Assembly: GCA_918797485.1 (NCBI GenBank)
Contig: CAKKNE010000006.1
Coordinates: 930,001 to 994,000, forward strand
From: Pelagomonas calceolata
Lineage: Eukaryota
Reading direction: 5' to 3'
DNA length: 64,000 nucleotides
Positions 41,844 through 52,647 of this stretch are shown here, one piece after another. The notes under the pieces are model-generated. The model searched no databases. It was not told where the DNA came from and worked only from the letters and a program-made list of their open reading frames with translations. The number at the start of each line of letters is the position of its first letter. Within the stretch, counting starts at the first letter, position 1. A program made the position numbers and the translations under genes.

Positions 41844-42157
41844 TCTCTACGGCCTTCGATGGTCGGACCTAGTGTTTCGGATGCACTGGCACGAGCAAAG
41901 CGCCCTGCCTTTCGATCTGCATGAAGAGGCCCGGACCACGCCTAAAGTTCACTGTGTAGTGTAGCAGGTATGATTCCTTACTAGTAGAGCCCCCGGGGCC
42001 AGCCTGAAGTCTAAGCCTGAAGTACTCCGAGTCATGCTAGTAATTAGAAATCGAGGACGGAGGCCACGCAATGACGCACATCACAGAGCTTGGCGCTTTT
42101 CGCCCCTAGTGTCACAACTTGAATTTATACAGAGACAAAGACGGCGACGCGGACGCT

Positions 42158-43589
42158 TCAGACGCGCCCACGAGTTCCTTCGAGATGAGCGTTCTGCCGT
42201 TCTGCCTTGAAGCGCCCCCCGGCCCACTCGCCGCGCGTCCGTTTATCTAGCTTGTTGTACCAGGCCATGAACTGGTCGAGGCCGCTCTCGATCGAGGTAG
42301 TTGGCGAGTAACCCAGCAGCTCGCGCGCCTTCGAAATGTCCGCGTAGGTCTCCTTGATCTCGGCGTTTGAGGCCTGATACTTGAATTTTGCCTTGACGCC
42401 CAGGCGCTTCTCGATCTGCGCGAGGACGTAGCCTGTGTGTGCATTAGCATCGAAGACGAAGGCGGCAGAGACACTTTTGATGCGGACACCGAACGGAGCC
42501 GAGCTGCACGGGCTTGGAATTACCTAGATTGAACACGGCAGCATTGTCCGCGCAGTACTCCATCGCAAACTCGACGCCCCGCACTACGTCGTCCACGTAC
42601 GTGAAGTCGCGCCGCATGTCGCCTCCGTTAAACAGTGTAATGGTCTCGCCGTTCTCGATCTCATTCGTGAAGAGCGAGACGGCCATGTCAGGCCGGCCCC
42701 ACGGGCCATACACGGTAAAAAATCGAAGCCCGACGCTCTTCAGGCCGTGGAGGTTGTGATACGCCGCCGCGATCTGTTCGCCCGCAAATTTTGAGATCCC
42801 GTACAGGTTTGCGGGGTGGTCTATGGCGTGCAATTCACTGAAGGGTATCTTTTTGTTGAGGCCGTAGACCGACGAGGAAGAAGCGTACACGTACGCGGGT
42901 TGAGGGGTCCGATGAGCAACGTAGTTCAAAAGTGAAACGACGCACTCCAGATTGTTGCGTGCGTACGTCATCGGGTGCGTGATGCTGTACCGGACGCCAG
43001 CCTGAGCCGCCAAATGCACCACGTGCGTGAACGTGTATTTCTCGAAGAGCCCGTCTACGACTGAGGTGTTGCACACGTCCGCCTCGACGACGTCGTAGCC
43101 AAATTCATGCTTGAGTCTAGCTGCACGGCCTCTTTTCATGGCCGGGGCGTAGTAGTCGTTGAACGAGTCAACACCAACAACTACCGCCGGCCGCGTCCTC
43201 GCGTCCCGCTTGCCGAGCGACGCCATGAGCGACATGCCTATGAACCCCGCGCCGCCCGTGACGAGCACTCTGCTCGAAGCATTAACGAGCGGTACTGTCA
43301 CACCGTCCGGGCATGGGGTGTCGTGCCACCTCTCTTGCGCGTTACCGCCTAAAATTCCATGCGGACTGGCTCCTAAGCCGACGACTGCTGATAGCGCCGC
43401 CGCCGCGAGCGCCCCGACAGCCCACGTATTCAAGCGGCGCGACGCCACTGGCTGTTCGAGTTGGTTCGAGGACGCCGGTGTGGCATGCACCGCCAGCTCC
43501 CTGCGGAGCGCTTCGTTCTCCGCACGCAGCCGCCCTACCTCTGCCGGCATATACGTCGCAATGGACGCCCTTGGCGGCCGGGCTGCCAT
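42158..43589 (-). CDS. UDP-glucuronate 4-epimerase (GAE-like), type II membrane, 2 exons
   Basis: complement(join(42158..42432,42500..43589)) with a 67-nt GC-AG intron. 'VLVTGGAGFIG', 'HLAAQAGVRYS', 'YASSSSVYG', 'YGISK', 'LRFFTVYGPWGRPDMA', exon 2 'TYADISKARELLGY'; N-terminal TM anchor. Confidence 0.93.
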
Positions 43590-43650
43590 CGTGTTGGTAC
43601 AAGTTCAGTACCTGGTACTGGTAGGTACTTGGACCCATGGGGGGGGGGGG

Positions 43651-43730
43651 CGCGCCCGCCGCCGATGAATCGGCGACGCGCGGTGTCTCCCCCCCAGGGG
43701 CTCCGCCCACTAGTACTAGCTCCGTAACAT
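43651..43730 (-). repeat. Dispersed repeat: inverted copy of 30229..30277, extending into a segment shared with 52764..52815
   Basis: CCCAGGGGCTCCGCCCACTAGT(A/C)CTAGC(T/A)CCGTAACA occurs here and at about 52779-52815. Confidence 0.8.
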
Positions 43731-43819
43731 CGGTAGCGCGGGAGGGGCTACCAACGTACCGTAGAGATTGGCGGGGGGGGGGACCGTAGGTAGAGACGGG
43801 TTTATACATGTGACTTGAC

Positions 43820-44617
43820 TTACTGTTTCTTGTGCAAAATCGTGAGTTGTCCGAGCGGCTCGACTTGAAAGTCGGGAAACTGGGCAGCGATGTTGTGATG
43901 GACCTTGTCGTTATCTTCGATGAAGCAAACGCACTCGTCGCTTAAATAAGGATAGATTGCATTCAGCGTGCGGATAATCGCCGTGACCGTGTGCGGTCCG
44001 TCATCGATGAATACGTCGATCACGTCGCCCTTGAACACTTCCGCGAGCGCGGCCGGGTCGGGAGCGTACGCGTCGAACTCGTAGAGTTCAACGTCCCTTG
44101 CGGCGAACGCACCCTTTTCCTTGAGAAATGACAGGTTCTCCGCGGCGTATGACAGGTCTATGTCCAAACCGACGACGCGCCCGCTCGGGAACAACTCGGA
44201 CCAGGTGGCCAGTCCGGACCCCCGTAAAATACCGACTTCGACGACAGTCGGCGCTCGCTTGGTATCGACGACCTTTCGGAGAGCCGTGGCGTAATGCTTT
44301 CCGTAACCGTGCCTGTCGGTGGACATCCGATCGCCGCCGACCATGCGAGACCGGGCGTTCAGGGCCTCGAGCGTCGCCGCGACGTTCCCGCCTCGTACGC
44401 GCACGTCTTTTGCGCTTATCTTGTTCCGTTCGACCTCCACATAACCGCCGTAGCGCTGCTCCGCGCGCACGAGCCGCGCGTGCAGATCGTGGACGTCCTC
44501 GCTCAGGTCGCTGCCGAGGCTCTGCGCCTCGCCGTCGATGGACAGCTGCAATTCGTGCCAGGCAGCGTGCGTGGCAGTGAGAAAGAAGGCGAAGCGACGG
44601 TTCCACCGCAGCCTCAT
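43820..44617 (-). CDS. Secreted class I O-methyltransferase (Methyltransf_24-like)
   Basis: 'GGDRMS..HGYGKHY', 'VVEVGILRGSGLATWSELFP..VVGLDI', 'IDVFIDDGPH', 'FIED'. Confidence 0.85.
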   Translation of the reverse strand: MRLRWNRRFAFFLTATHAAWHELQLSIDGEAQSLGSDLSEDVHDLHARLVRAEQRYGGYVEVERNKISAKDVRVRGGNVAATLEALNARSRMVGGDRMSTDRHGYGKHYATALRKVVDTKRAPTVVEVGILRGSGLATWSELFPSGRVVGLDIDLSYAAENLSFLKEKGAFAARDVELYEFDAYAPDPAALAEVFKGDVIDVFIDDGPHTVTAIIRTLNAIYPYLSDECVCFIEDNDKVHHNIAAQFPDFQVEPLGQLTILHKKQ

Positions 44618-44893
44618 GCCAACATTTACTGCTCTCTTTATGAAGGTATGGTCACGCGCGGTGCGCCCCCTCCAGCGGTGCCAGGGCTGCCTCGCGAGTC
44701 CATCCGGTGGGCCAGCACCCCATCCATGGGATGGCCGGCCCTCCAATCCCCTAGCTCTACTTGTAACTCGGGCAGAGTCGGCCGGCGTGCGGGGAGATTG
44801 CGGGGAGCTTGCTGGGCGAATATTAGCTTATGGGCGCCGCAGCAGCCTTACGATTGCCACTCGGCTCATGACCACTCGGGGTTGCAATAAGTA

Positions 44894-47482
44894 ATGCGAG
44901 CGCGTCGGCTGCTATTAGCTGTTTGGAGCGCGGTGCCTCTTGGGGCCGCCGACACGGCTGGTGTCGCCTTCGACGCGGCTGCCGCGCTCGCCGCGCTCGC
45001 CCCGCCCGCGACGGGGCACGACGAAACCACGTTTCTGAGAGCGCTGCGCGAACGCGTCGACCGACGGCTCGCGATTATCGACACGCACGGCAGCGCGCCC
45101 CAACCGGCGAAGCCCGAAGCGGTGCCCGAGGACTGTCGGACTCTTTTTGACCCCGAAACTATCGCAGAGGCGCGACGCGCGAGCGTCGGCTGCTCCCGGC
45201 TGGCGTATTCGTCCATCGACATCGTCGGCGAGCACCCGCCGCTCGTGGGCCCCCGTGGCGACGGAAGTTGCGTTTTTGTGTTCGTCGGCGCCGAGACCCT
45301 GCGCCAGCCAACAGTCGATTTCGTGTACCTGTTGCACCGTCGCTCCGTAGCCACCCAAGGCTTTTCACGGCGCCTCTTCTCGAAGCTACCGAAGCTCCTG
45401 CCGCACGTCCTCTTTCCGGGCAAGTGGACTGCGTTTTTCGACTCCAAGCTCCATCTCTACGGTACGACGCTCGACGAGCTATCAAAAGCGTACGACATGC
45501 GCGTCGACGACCGCGCGTTGCCCTTCACTGCCTTTCCCCACCCGCTCAAGGTCCGAAAGAACGTGAGCAGCGCCTTCGAGTGGATGCGGTTCGAAATTGA
45601 GGTGATCCTGGAGGAATTCTCCGATCGGGTGGCGAGTGTGGACGCGCTCCGGAACCAATTAGCACGCTACGTCGCGCGGACCCGGGACAGCGTGCCTCCG
45701 CGCGCCTACACGGCCTTCATCGACGGCGCGCTGCTGCTGCAGCGCGATGCCCATCAACTGTTTGGGCCGTGGTGCGCCGAAACTATCAGAGAGGACTCGA
45801 GCGACCGGGACCAGCTCAGCTTCGCGTTCACCGTGGCGCGGTTGCGACTGGAGCCACGGCTGCTGGACAAGTGTGTCACGATCGCCGCAAACCGCACTTT
45901 GTGTCACTGGTTTGACGACGACTCGCTGGGCGCGCTCCACCGGATCAGCTACGAGGCGAGCAGGAACATCGTCGATAACGGTGATTTCGCTGCTATCGAC
46001 GATGTGGCCGCCAAATATCTGGGAAGTTCTACCTGGGCCTACGGCGTGGCCGAGTCTTGGTCCCGAAATGGGCCTTCAGTCGTCTTAATCAAAAGAGGTG
46101 ATACCGACTGGGCGGGGACGCAGCCAGTTCTAGGCAGCTACCTCCAGGGCATCCAGAACAGAGGGAACTACATCTACCAGACCGTGGTCTTTCCCGCCGA
46201 CGGTTTTTACAGCATTTCCTTCTACGCGTGCAGCCGACCCGGCAGGTACGCACGGACGAGCCTCAGGGCGACCGTGACTCGAGCCGGTCACCAGGAACCC
46301 GCGGTCGTCGTGGAGGAGCTGCTCCTGGGCTACTCCTTTACGAAATACGAAGCCACGTTTTATATGGAGGCGGGATGCGCGACGCTCGTAATCATGAACG
46401 ACGGGCCGCCCGGCGACCGGACGCTTCTGGTTGACGCGGTGCGGATTGAACGGAACGTCTCCCGCGCCGTAGATTCGATCTCAGAAGTCCCGAGCGTGTG
46501 CCGGTGCCGGATCCTCTTACACCTCAACGGCCGGGAACTACAAATGGACGTGTACGGCGCGGTCGACGCCGGCCTCGCGTCTCGCGTGCTGGCGCCCCGC
46601 GCGGCGCTGGATCGCCCGGTGCACGAGTTTGTGGCGTACGCGCGGACGGTGGGCTGTGCGACGGTCGAGGTCCTCGACCGCAGTGCGGCCGCGGAGGCCG
46701 CAGTGGCGCTGGACGCGGTACGGTCGCTGCTCCGCGCACCGCCCAGTGCGCGCCTGCGCGACGCGGCCGCCACCGAGGCGTTGGTCCTGGCGTGCGGCGT
46801 GGACGATGGGACCGCGCGGGCGATGCCGGCGGAGGTGCTGCTGCACGCCGCCGAGCTCCGCATCACCCAGCATCCCCGGAACGTCGCCGGCGAATACGCA
46901 GCTTACGGACTCCGTATCTCTCGGTACCCCCGGCAGTTTGGCGCGTACGTCGCGTTCCTCGCCGCCGGGCCACTCGTGACGTCGTACCTGGAGATCGGGT
47001 GCCGCTGGGGCGGCGCGTTCGTGTTTACGGTGGAGGTGCTGGGCCGTCTGGGGGAGGCGAGCGGTATCGGAGCCGACGACTTCCGCGCGCTCGCGATCGA
47101 CAAGTGGCAGGAACCCTTGCTGCTCCAGGAGTACGCCAAGGGCGCGGCCGCGCGGTTCCTTAAGCTCGACCCAGCTGGGGCGCCGTTCGCCGAGCTTCTG
47201 GCAAAGACGCCCATGTGGGATCTCGTTCTCATCGACGGTGATCACTCCTACGACGGCGTGCGGCGCGACTTCGACCTCGTGCGGAATCGAACGACGCGCT
47301 ACATCGTCCTGCACGACATTGCGTCGGACGAGCCGTCGTGCGCGGGCGTCCGCCGCTTCTGGCGCGAGGTCCGCGACCAATTCGAGACGCACGAGTTCGT
47401 GGAGCAATACGACGACGTCGACGGCTCGTATTTTGGAATAGGCGTCATTGTGGTGCCGCGCTCCAACGGAATCATGTATTAA
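44894..47482 (+). CDS. Secreted DUF616/TOD1-MUCI70-like glycosyltransferase + beta-sandwich domain + Methyltransf_24
   Basis: 'SKLPKLLPHVLFP..FFDSKL..FPHP..DRDQLSFAF'; 'NIVDNGDF..IYQTV..LLVDAVRI'; 'SYLEIGCRWGG..DLVLIDGDHSYDGVRRDF..IVLHDI'. Confidence 0.8.
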   Translation: MRARRLLLAVWSAVPLGAADTAGVAFDAAAALAALAPPATGHDETTFLRALRERVDRRLAIIDTHGSAPQPAKPEAVPEDCRTLFDPETIAEARRASVGCSRLAYSSIDIVGEHPPLVGPRGDGSCVFVFVGAETLRQPTVDFVYLLHRRSVATQGFSRRLFSKLPKLLPHVLFPGKWTAFFDSKLHLYGTTLDELSKAYDMRVDDRALPFTAFPHPLKVRKNVSSAFEWMRFEIEVILEEFSDRVASVDALRNQLARYVARTRDSVPPRAYTAFIDGALLLQRDAHQLFGPWCAETIREDSSDRDQLSFAFTVARLRLEPRLLDKCVTIAANRTLCHWFDDDSLGALHRISYEASRNIVDNGDFAAIDDVAAKYLGSSTWAYGVAESWSRNGPSVVLIKRGDTDWAGTQPVLGSYLQGIQNRGNYIYQTVVFPADGFYSISFYACSRPGRYARTSLRATVTRAGHQEPAVVVEELLLGYSFTKYEATFYMEAGCATLVIMNDGPPGDRTLLVDAVRIERNVSRAVDSISEVPSVCRCRILLHLNGRELQMDVYGAVDAGLASRVLAPRAALDRPVHEFVAYARTVGCATVEVLDRSAAAEAAVALDAVRSLLRAPPSARLRDAAATEALVLACGVDDGTARAMPAEVLLHAAELRITQHPRNVAGEYAAYGLRISRYPRQFGAYVAFLAAGPLVTSYLEIGCRWGGAFVFTVEVLGRLGEASGIGADDFRALAIDKWQEPLLLQEYAKGAAARFLKLDPAGAPFAELLAKTPMWDLVLIDGDHSYDGVRRDFDLVRNRTTRYIVLHDIASDEPSCAGVRRFWREVRDQFETHEFVEQYDDVDGSYFGIGVIVVPRSNGIMY

Positions 47483-47684
47483 TCTGTCCAAGTTTATCAT
47501 ACGATTATTCATAGGAGTCCACCGCGGTCGGACGGGTTTTGATCGCCTCTGTGTCGGCCCGGACTCGGCCGGAGATACTATTGCAATATATTTAGCTAAC
47601 TTGTGGGCTACGGCCCCGGGGGATTGCGTGCGCGCAAGTACGCGGGTATATTGCGAGGCATTGTGTGGCGGCTGCCCGCTGGCC

Positions 47685-48824
47685 ATGGGGCAGCGCCAGT
47701 GCTGTGGGGTACGTGTGTGGTTCTTTCTAGCGCTGGGAACAGCGCGCGGAGACGAGCGAGACAGGCATGTATGCGGCCCGCTCAGCTTCGAGCTGGACGG
47801 CGTGGTGCACTATTTGTCCGCGACGCGGATGGAAGCGCCGCACGCGGCCGCGGCGTTCGCGCGGCGCGTGGGCCCGACGTTCTTCGGCGGCGGCTGCGCG
47901 GCGGGCGACACGCGCTGTGTTGCCGAGGCGCTCGTGGCGGACCTTCTAGCCGCGTGCGGCGACGACGAGGTCGAGACGCGCATCGCGCCAATGGGCGGAT
48001 CGGAGTACGAGTGGTGGTTTGCGGAGCAAGACGACACCGGGCGCGGCACGATGAAGGTGCGCCACTACCTCGACGCCTACGAGCGCCACTTTGCCCTGGC
48101 GCGCGCACGCGCGCGCGCGGGACGGCGCGTCGCCCTCCTTGAGCTCGGCGTGCAGTCGGGCGGGTCGCTGGACATGTGGCGCGCGGTCCTCGGCCCGAGC
48201 GCCGAGATCCACGGCGTCGACGTCGACCCGCGCTGCGCGCGGTCGCACGACCCGGCCGCTGGGACCTTTGTGTGGATCGGCGACGCTGGCAACGCGACGT
48301 TCCTGGCGCACGTCCTGGCGGCGGCCGCGCCACTCGACGTCGTCTTGGACGACGCATCGCACCGCAGCGAAGACATGATCGCCGCCTTCGAGGCGCTCTA
48401 CCCGTCCGTGCGGCCCGACGGCGGTGTCTACGCCATCGAGGACGTCGTGACGAATTACTGGCCCTACTACGACCGCGTGCGGGCGGAGGACGGCCTCAGT
48501 TTCGTAGAGTTTGCCAAGCGCAAGGTCGACGAACTGAATGCCTGGAACAGCGAGCCGCGCGTACGCGGCGCCCGGCGAGATCGTTGCCTTACGCCTCCCC
48601 TGCGTCATCGGCGTAATGGTGATTCGCACAGGCACGGTGGCGCGCCGGTGACGGATTTCACGCGGAACACGAGCTCGTTGCACTTCTACGACGGCATCGT
48701 CTTCTTCGAGAAGCGACCGCACCCGATGTGGACGCGCATTGCAGTCGGCACCGACACGCTAGACTACGCGTTCAACATGAACTCAGGGACGGCCGGGGAA
48801 GCCGGAATGGGCACGGTCACGTGA
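47685..48824 (+). CDS. Secreted class I O-methyltransferase (Methyltransf_24-like)
   Basis: 'HYLDAYERHF', 'LLELGVQSGGSLDMWR', 'IHGVDVD', 'DVVLDDASH', 'GGVYAIEDVVTNYW', 'LHFYDGIVFFEK'. Confidence 0.88.
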   Translation: MGQRQCCGVRVWFFLALGTARGDERDRHVCGPLSFELDGVVHYLSATRMEAPHAAAAFARRVGPTFFGGGCAAGDTRCVAEALVADLLAACGDDEVETRIAPMGGSEYEWWFAEQDDTGRGTMKVRHYLDAYERHFALARARARAGRRVALLELGVQSGGSLDMWRAVLGPSAEIHGVDVDPRCARSHDPAAGTFVWIGDAGNATFLAHVLAAAAPLDVVLDDASHRSEDMIAAFEALYPSVRPDGGVYAIEDVVTNYWPYYDRVRAEDGLSFVEFAKRKVDELNAWNSEPRVRGARRDRCLTPPLRHRRNGDSHRHGGAPVTDFTRNTSSLHFYDGIVFFEKRPHPMWTRIAVGTDTLDYAFNMNSGTAGEAGMGTVT

Positions 48825-48876
48825 GTGTGAGCAATGCCGAATCGTGGAACATGGGTGTGTGTAATAATGTTAATCC

Positions 48877-48898
48877 CTAGCGGCCTGTAAGACACTAG
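48877..48898 (+). repeat. CTAG-bounded intergenic motif, copy 4
   Basis: CTAGCGGCCTGTAAGACACTAG. Confidence 0.8.
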
Positions 48899-48983
48899 CA
48901 AGCAGGGGATCACTGTCTTACGCGTGGGTAGTGTCACGATGTCCAGCGGGGGGGGAGTGCGGGAAAAGAGACGGCTACGGCCA

Positions 48984-50098
48984 CTAGGCCGTGATGCCGC
49001 CCGAGCCGCCAGCACCGGGGAACGAGTCGAAGCCGCCCATCGGCGGCGGCGGCGGCGGCGGCGGCTTCGGTCCGGGGAAGAAGGAGCGAATGTCGGCGTT
49101 CGAGCCCTTGCCCTTCGAGCCCTTGCCCTTCGAGCCCTTCGCGCCGTCGCCCTTCGAGTCCTTGCCGGGCTTGACCTCCGTCTTCGTATTCGCGGGGCAA
49201 CCTGAGCCCTTGGGCCTACACCAGGGATCTTCGCCCTTGGGATTCCAATAGTGGGGCCCCGTCGGGCCAGAAGCAATTCCACCAGCTTTCACACGCTTCT
49301 CCTTCACACGGTCGGGTCGTCCGGCCCTCGGCCCGGTTGCGGGGCGCTTGTGGGCGTGCTTCTCACAGTAGTCGGGCTTGTCCGGAGATAATAAGGAGGC
49401 CAGGTAGTGTTTAGTGTCGCTCGCAGTATAATCGTAACTGCGGTTGACGTACTTGGCGTCGCCGGACTCGAGGAGGGCCTGGCGGCTCTTGCATTCTTTC
49501 TCGAGATCACTTCGCTGCCACTTATAGGATTGTTTCCACTGGCAACATATTCCGAGATAGGGATTTTTGGCCACAAACGGCGCTGGAGCGACAGCATCTT
49601 CGCTTTTGGGGTGGCAAAGGTGCACGTAAGTCGCGAAGTATCTCCCGTCGGGCGCACCTTCCGGGTACACGTCGGATCTGCAATTCTGAGGGGGAGCTCC
49701 ATTCATATGAGGGTATCCTCGGAACAAGGCGTTGGTCGGCAACTCCTCCTTCACTTGCTCGTACACTAAATGTTCCACGCGACGCGTGAGGTCCCACACT
49801 GACCCGGGAAGTCGCCTATAGCGGATATACCTATAGTCCAGGCACACTGGGCCTTGTCTTCAGGAATGTCCCAGCATTTACTAAATTGGTCGCCTAGCGG
49901 GATTAAGACATAGCTATCCCAACAGGTCATAACGTCCTGGCCACTACCACAGTAAGCTTCGACATACTCAGCTCCTTCTGATAAATCGCGTTTGAGGTTC
50001 GTGTGGATTATGCGGTCCTTGGCCTCGTGGCCCTTGTAGTAGGGTTTGGAGCTGGCGAGACCCGACACGCAGGCGAGCATGGCAATGCGTCTACCCAT
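48984..50098 (-). other. Orphan Cys/Tyr/Lys-rich secreted protein split across two frames (unresolved intron or frameshifted pseudogene)
   Basis: ORF 49766..50098 has a signal-like N-terminus; overlapping ORF 48984..49847 continues with similar composition and ends in KGS repeats and poly-Pro. Visibly lower GC than flanking genes. Confidence 0.45.
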
Positions 50099-50135
50099 GG
50101 TAATGTTCCTGTGTTGGAAAAAAAAGCGTGTCGAC

Positions 50136-50212
50136 ACGCGGACCCTCGACGCGCGGACCCTCGACGCGCGGACCCTCGACGCGCGGACCCTCGACGCGCG
50201 GACCCTCGACGC
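50136..50212. repeat. 15-bp tandem repeat x5 (GCGCGGACCCTCGAC)
   Basis: Direct reading; near-perfect units with no spacers. Confidence 0.95.
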
Positions 50213-50559
50213 CCGCTCGACGCTAGTAGCTGTAGGCTATATGAAGGGAGGGCTTCTTGACAGACGGACGCTGGACTCTGCGGCTCAGTGCCGGCGGCGC
50301 GAGATGCGCCTGGCGGCTGATTTGCTTAAGCGCCGCGCGCGCGCGCGTTGGCCGCCGCGTTTGTCGGTCCAGCGCTGCGAGGCTGGCGAAGTGCTCGCTG
50401 TTCGCGTGCCAGGGCTAGGCGGCGCGATTCCTCGTGGCACAATACAAAAGCGACGCAGAGGAACGCTGGAAGGCTCCAGGTTTGTAAAAATAATGACACT
50501 AGCAAAAAGACTTGCTAGAGCTAGGCCGCCTAGCCGCCACGACCGCCGCGAAACTAAAG

Positions 50560-52647
50560 TTACGATGGCGAGTCCAGCGGGACCTGCTTGGACCACCGGC
50601 TCCGGAAGCGCGCGAACCTCGAACTCTCGCACTGGAGCGGAGGTTCAAGCGCTGGGCCGTCGTCGCCGAGCGCCTCGCGGAGCGACAGCGCCCCGAAGGC
50701 GACCGCGTGCATCTGGGCCTCGGCGTCGCCCTGGAGCGTCCGGCCGTACTGCGGATGGAGCACGAACGCGTTCCGCACGACGCACAGCCGCGCGCGCCGC
50801 TCGTGCAGCCACACCGTCGACATGCCCGCCTCGTCGAAGGGGTGGCCGTAGAGGTGCAGGTCCACTCGCAGGAGCGACGCGGCGAGCCTGTCGGGGGTCG
50901 TCGCCCAGACGGAGTTCGCGAGGTAGGGGTACGCACCCGGCGCCGCCGCCTCGAGCCTCGCGTTCCGCGCGTCCCGCGTGGAAAACTGGCGCGGGACGAG
51001 GCGCAGCGCCGCCTCGAACGCCAGCCGCTGGCACGTCACGTTCGTCCGTACCGGATGGATCCCGAGGCCGATGGACGTGACGTTCTCCCATAATAGATGC
51101 GGCGCCGCGGCCCAGAGCCGCGCCCACCAGAAGTCCGGATCCCAGTCGTGCACGTCCCACGGCGCGCCGAGCACGTCGTACAACAGGGGCCGCGGCTCCT
51201 CGCCCTTGCTGTAGCGGGCGTCACCCTCTACGGGCTTACGTCGCAGCGTCCCGGCGTAGCAGTCTTGCAAGGATCGCGTCGTCGCGTCGTCGAAAAAGTC
51301 GGCGGCGAACAGCTCGGCGGTCGGAATGCCGTTCGAGATCGTGGGCGAGACCATGGCGCATCGGGCAGCGGGACCGGCCACGGCGGCGGGGGCGTGCTCC
51401 AGTAGCGCCAGGATCGCATCCGGCGCGAGCAGGATGTCGTCGTCGAGGCTGATGATCGTAGAATACGCGCGACGCCGCGAAATGGCCAGCGCCGAAAAGA
51501 TTTTGCGAAGGTAGTTGAGGTTATGGGGGCGCGGCGGCACCGCGCCGACGCGACAGAGGTGGACGCCGCCAATCAACGCGCCGACCCACGCCCGCCATTT
51601 TTCCATCAAGTCCGCGACGGGCCCCTCGTGCACCATGACGTGGAGCCTCATGCTATTCGCTAACGTCGCGTTGCACCGCGAGGCCGCGCGCAACGCCAGC
51701 GCTAGAACCGGCGTCTCGTCGACGTACGGCCGTCGCGCCCGCGACGACCGCAGCAGAAACATACCAATAGATGGGCCCTCGTCGACCTCGTACCGCGCCG
51801 CCGCCGCAAAAATATCATCACCCCGCGGCTCCCAGGGCGCGGGGCCGTTATTGGCCCCGAGCCACGCGCGGAAGAGCTCGTCGCGTCTCCGCGAGAGGTC
51901 GCGCAGGAGACACGCGCGCGCGTCGCATTGCTCGCACACCGTCGATAACATGTCGTCAGCCACTTGCCGGTCGCCGTAGAGCGCGTATAATGCCCCTGCT
52001 TCCGTCGCGTCGACCCACCGCTCGCAGGACACTTCCTCGGGCGGCTCGCCGGTATGGGGCGGGAGGTCCACGTAGGACGCGACATCTGATGGTTCTGCTC
52101 GGTCGCTGAGGCTCTCGCGGAACATGGCCAATAAATCACCGACGACGACCACTTCCTTCTCTATCTGAGCTCGCTCCTCGCCCGACCACTCGTAGTGACC
52201 CAACAACTCCCGCAGCATCTCCAAAGCACGCTCCAGAATCCGGACCCCGCGATAGCACCAAGCCAAAGCTTCTCCTGTCAACGTCCCCATGATGTTCGGC
52301 TGCGTGAGGACCATACCCAGCGAATGTGTGGCATTGTACGCCTCCCATAACTTCGTCTGGCCCTTGCCCGTGCCCTCTCCTTTCAATGTTTCGTATTCTA
52401 CGTATAAGAATCGCGCTAGCCCTGCCGTGACCAGGTACGCACAAAACCAGTCGCGTTCCGTTGGTCCGAACAAATACTTCCGCGCGAGCTCGGTCCACTC
52501 GAACGCACTCCTCGGTCCGTTCGACGTCGCGACCGCGAGGCAGTCGGCGTCGTGTCGCAGGAGGTCCTCGACTTGCTTTGTTGCCAGCAGTGGGTCCTCA
52601 CCGCGGGCGGCTGCAGCGAGCAGCAGCAGCCACGCCAGGCGTCGCAT
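50560..52647 (-). CDS. Secreted protein with C-terminal GT-A-like glycosyltransferase domain
   Basis: Signal peptide; helical N-half; 'NYLRKI..IISLDDDILL..VSPTISNGIPT..FDEAGM..LHPQY'. Confidence 0.65.
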   Translation of the reverse strand: MRRLAWLLLLAAAARGEDPLLATKQVEDLLRHDADCLAVATSNGPRSAFEWTELARKYLFGPTERDWFCAYLVTAGLARFLYVEYETLKGEGTGKGQTKLWEAYNATHSLGMVLTQPNIMGTLTGEALAWCYRGVRILERALEMLRELLGHYEWSGEERAQIEKEVVVVGDLLAMFRESLSDRAEPSDVASYVDLPPHTGEPPEEVSCERWVDATEAGALYALYGDRQVADDMLSTVCEQCDARACLLRDLSRRRDELFRAWLGANNGPAPWEPRGDDIFAAAARYEVDEGPSIGMFLLRSSRARRPYVDETPVLALALRAASRCNATLANSMRLHVMVHEGPVADLMEKWRAWVGALIGGVHLCRVGAVPPRPHNLNYLRKIFSALAISRRRAYSTIISLDDDILLAPDAILALLEHAPAAVAGPAARCAMVSPTISNGIPTAELFAADFFDDATTRSLQDCYAGTLRRKPVEGDARYSKGEEPRPLLYDVLGAPWDVHDWDPDFWWARLWAAAPHLLWENVTSIGLGIHPVRTNVTCQRLAFEAALRLVPRQFSTRDARNARLEAAAPGAYPYLANSVWATTPDRLAASLLRVDLHLYGHPFDEAGMSTVWLHERRARLCVVRNAFVLHPQYGRTLQGDAEAQMHAVAFGALSLREALGDDGPALEPPLQCESSRFARFRSRWSKQVPLDSPS

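Noticed and set aside
42444..42499. Epimerase truncated or frameshifted as in the ORF track
   Set aside because: A 67-nt GC-AG intron with a CTAAT branch-like site restores the conserved C-terminus (TYADISKA).
30229..43700. 13.5-kb transposon bounded by the inverted 50-bp repeats
   Set aside because: No target-site duplication, no transposase, housekeeping genes (SDHA, PSMG3-like) lie inside, and the right copy's homology continues outward into a third copy.
50136..50212. Possible CRISPR array or coding repeat
   Set aside because: Head-to-tail 15-mers with no spacers; a simple minisatellite.
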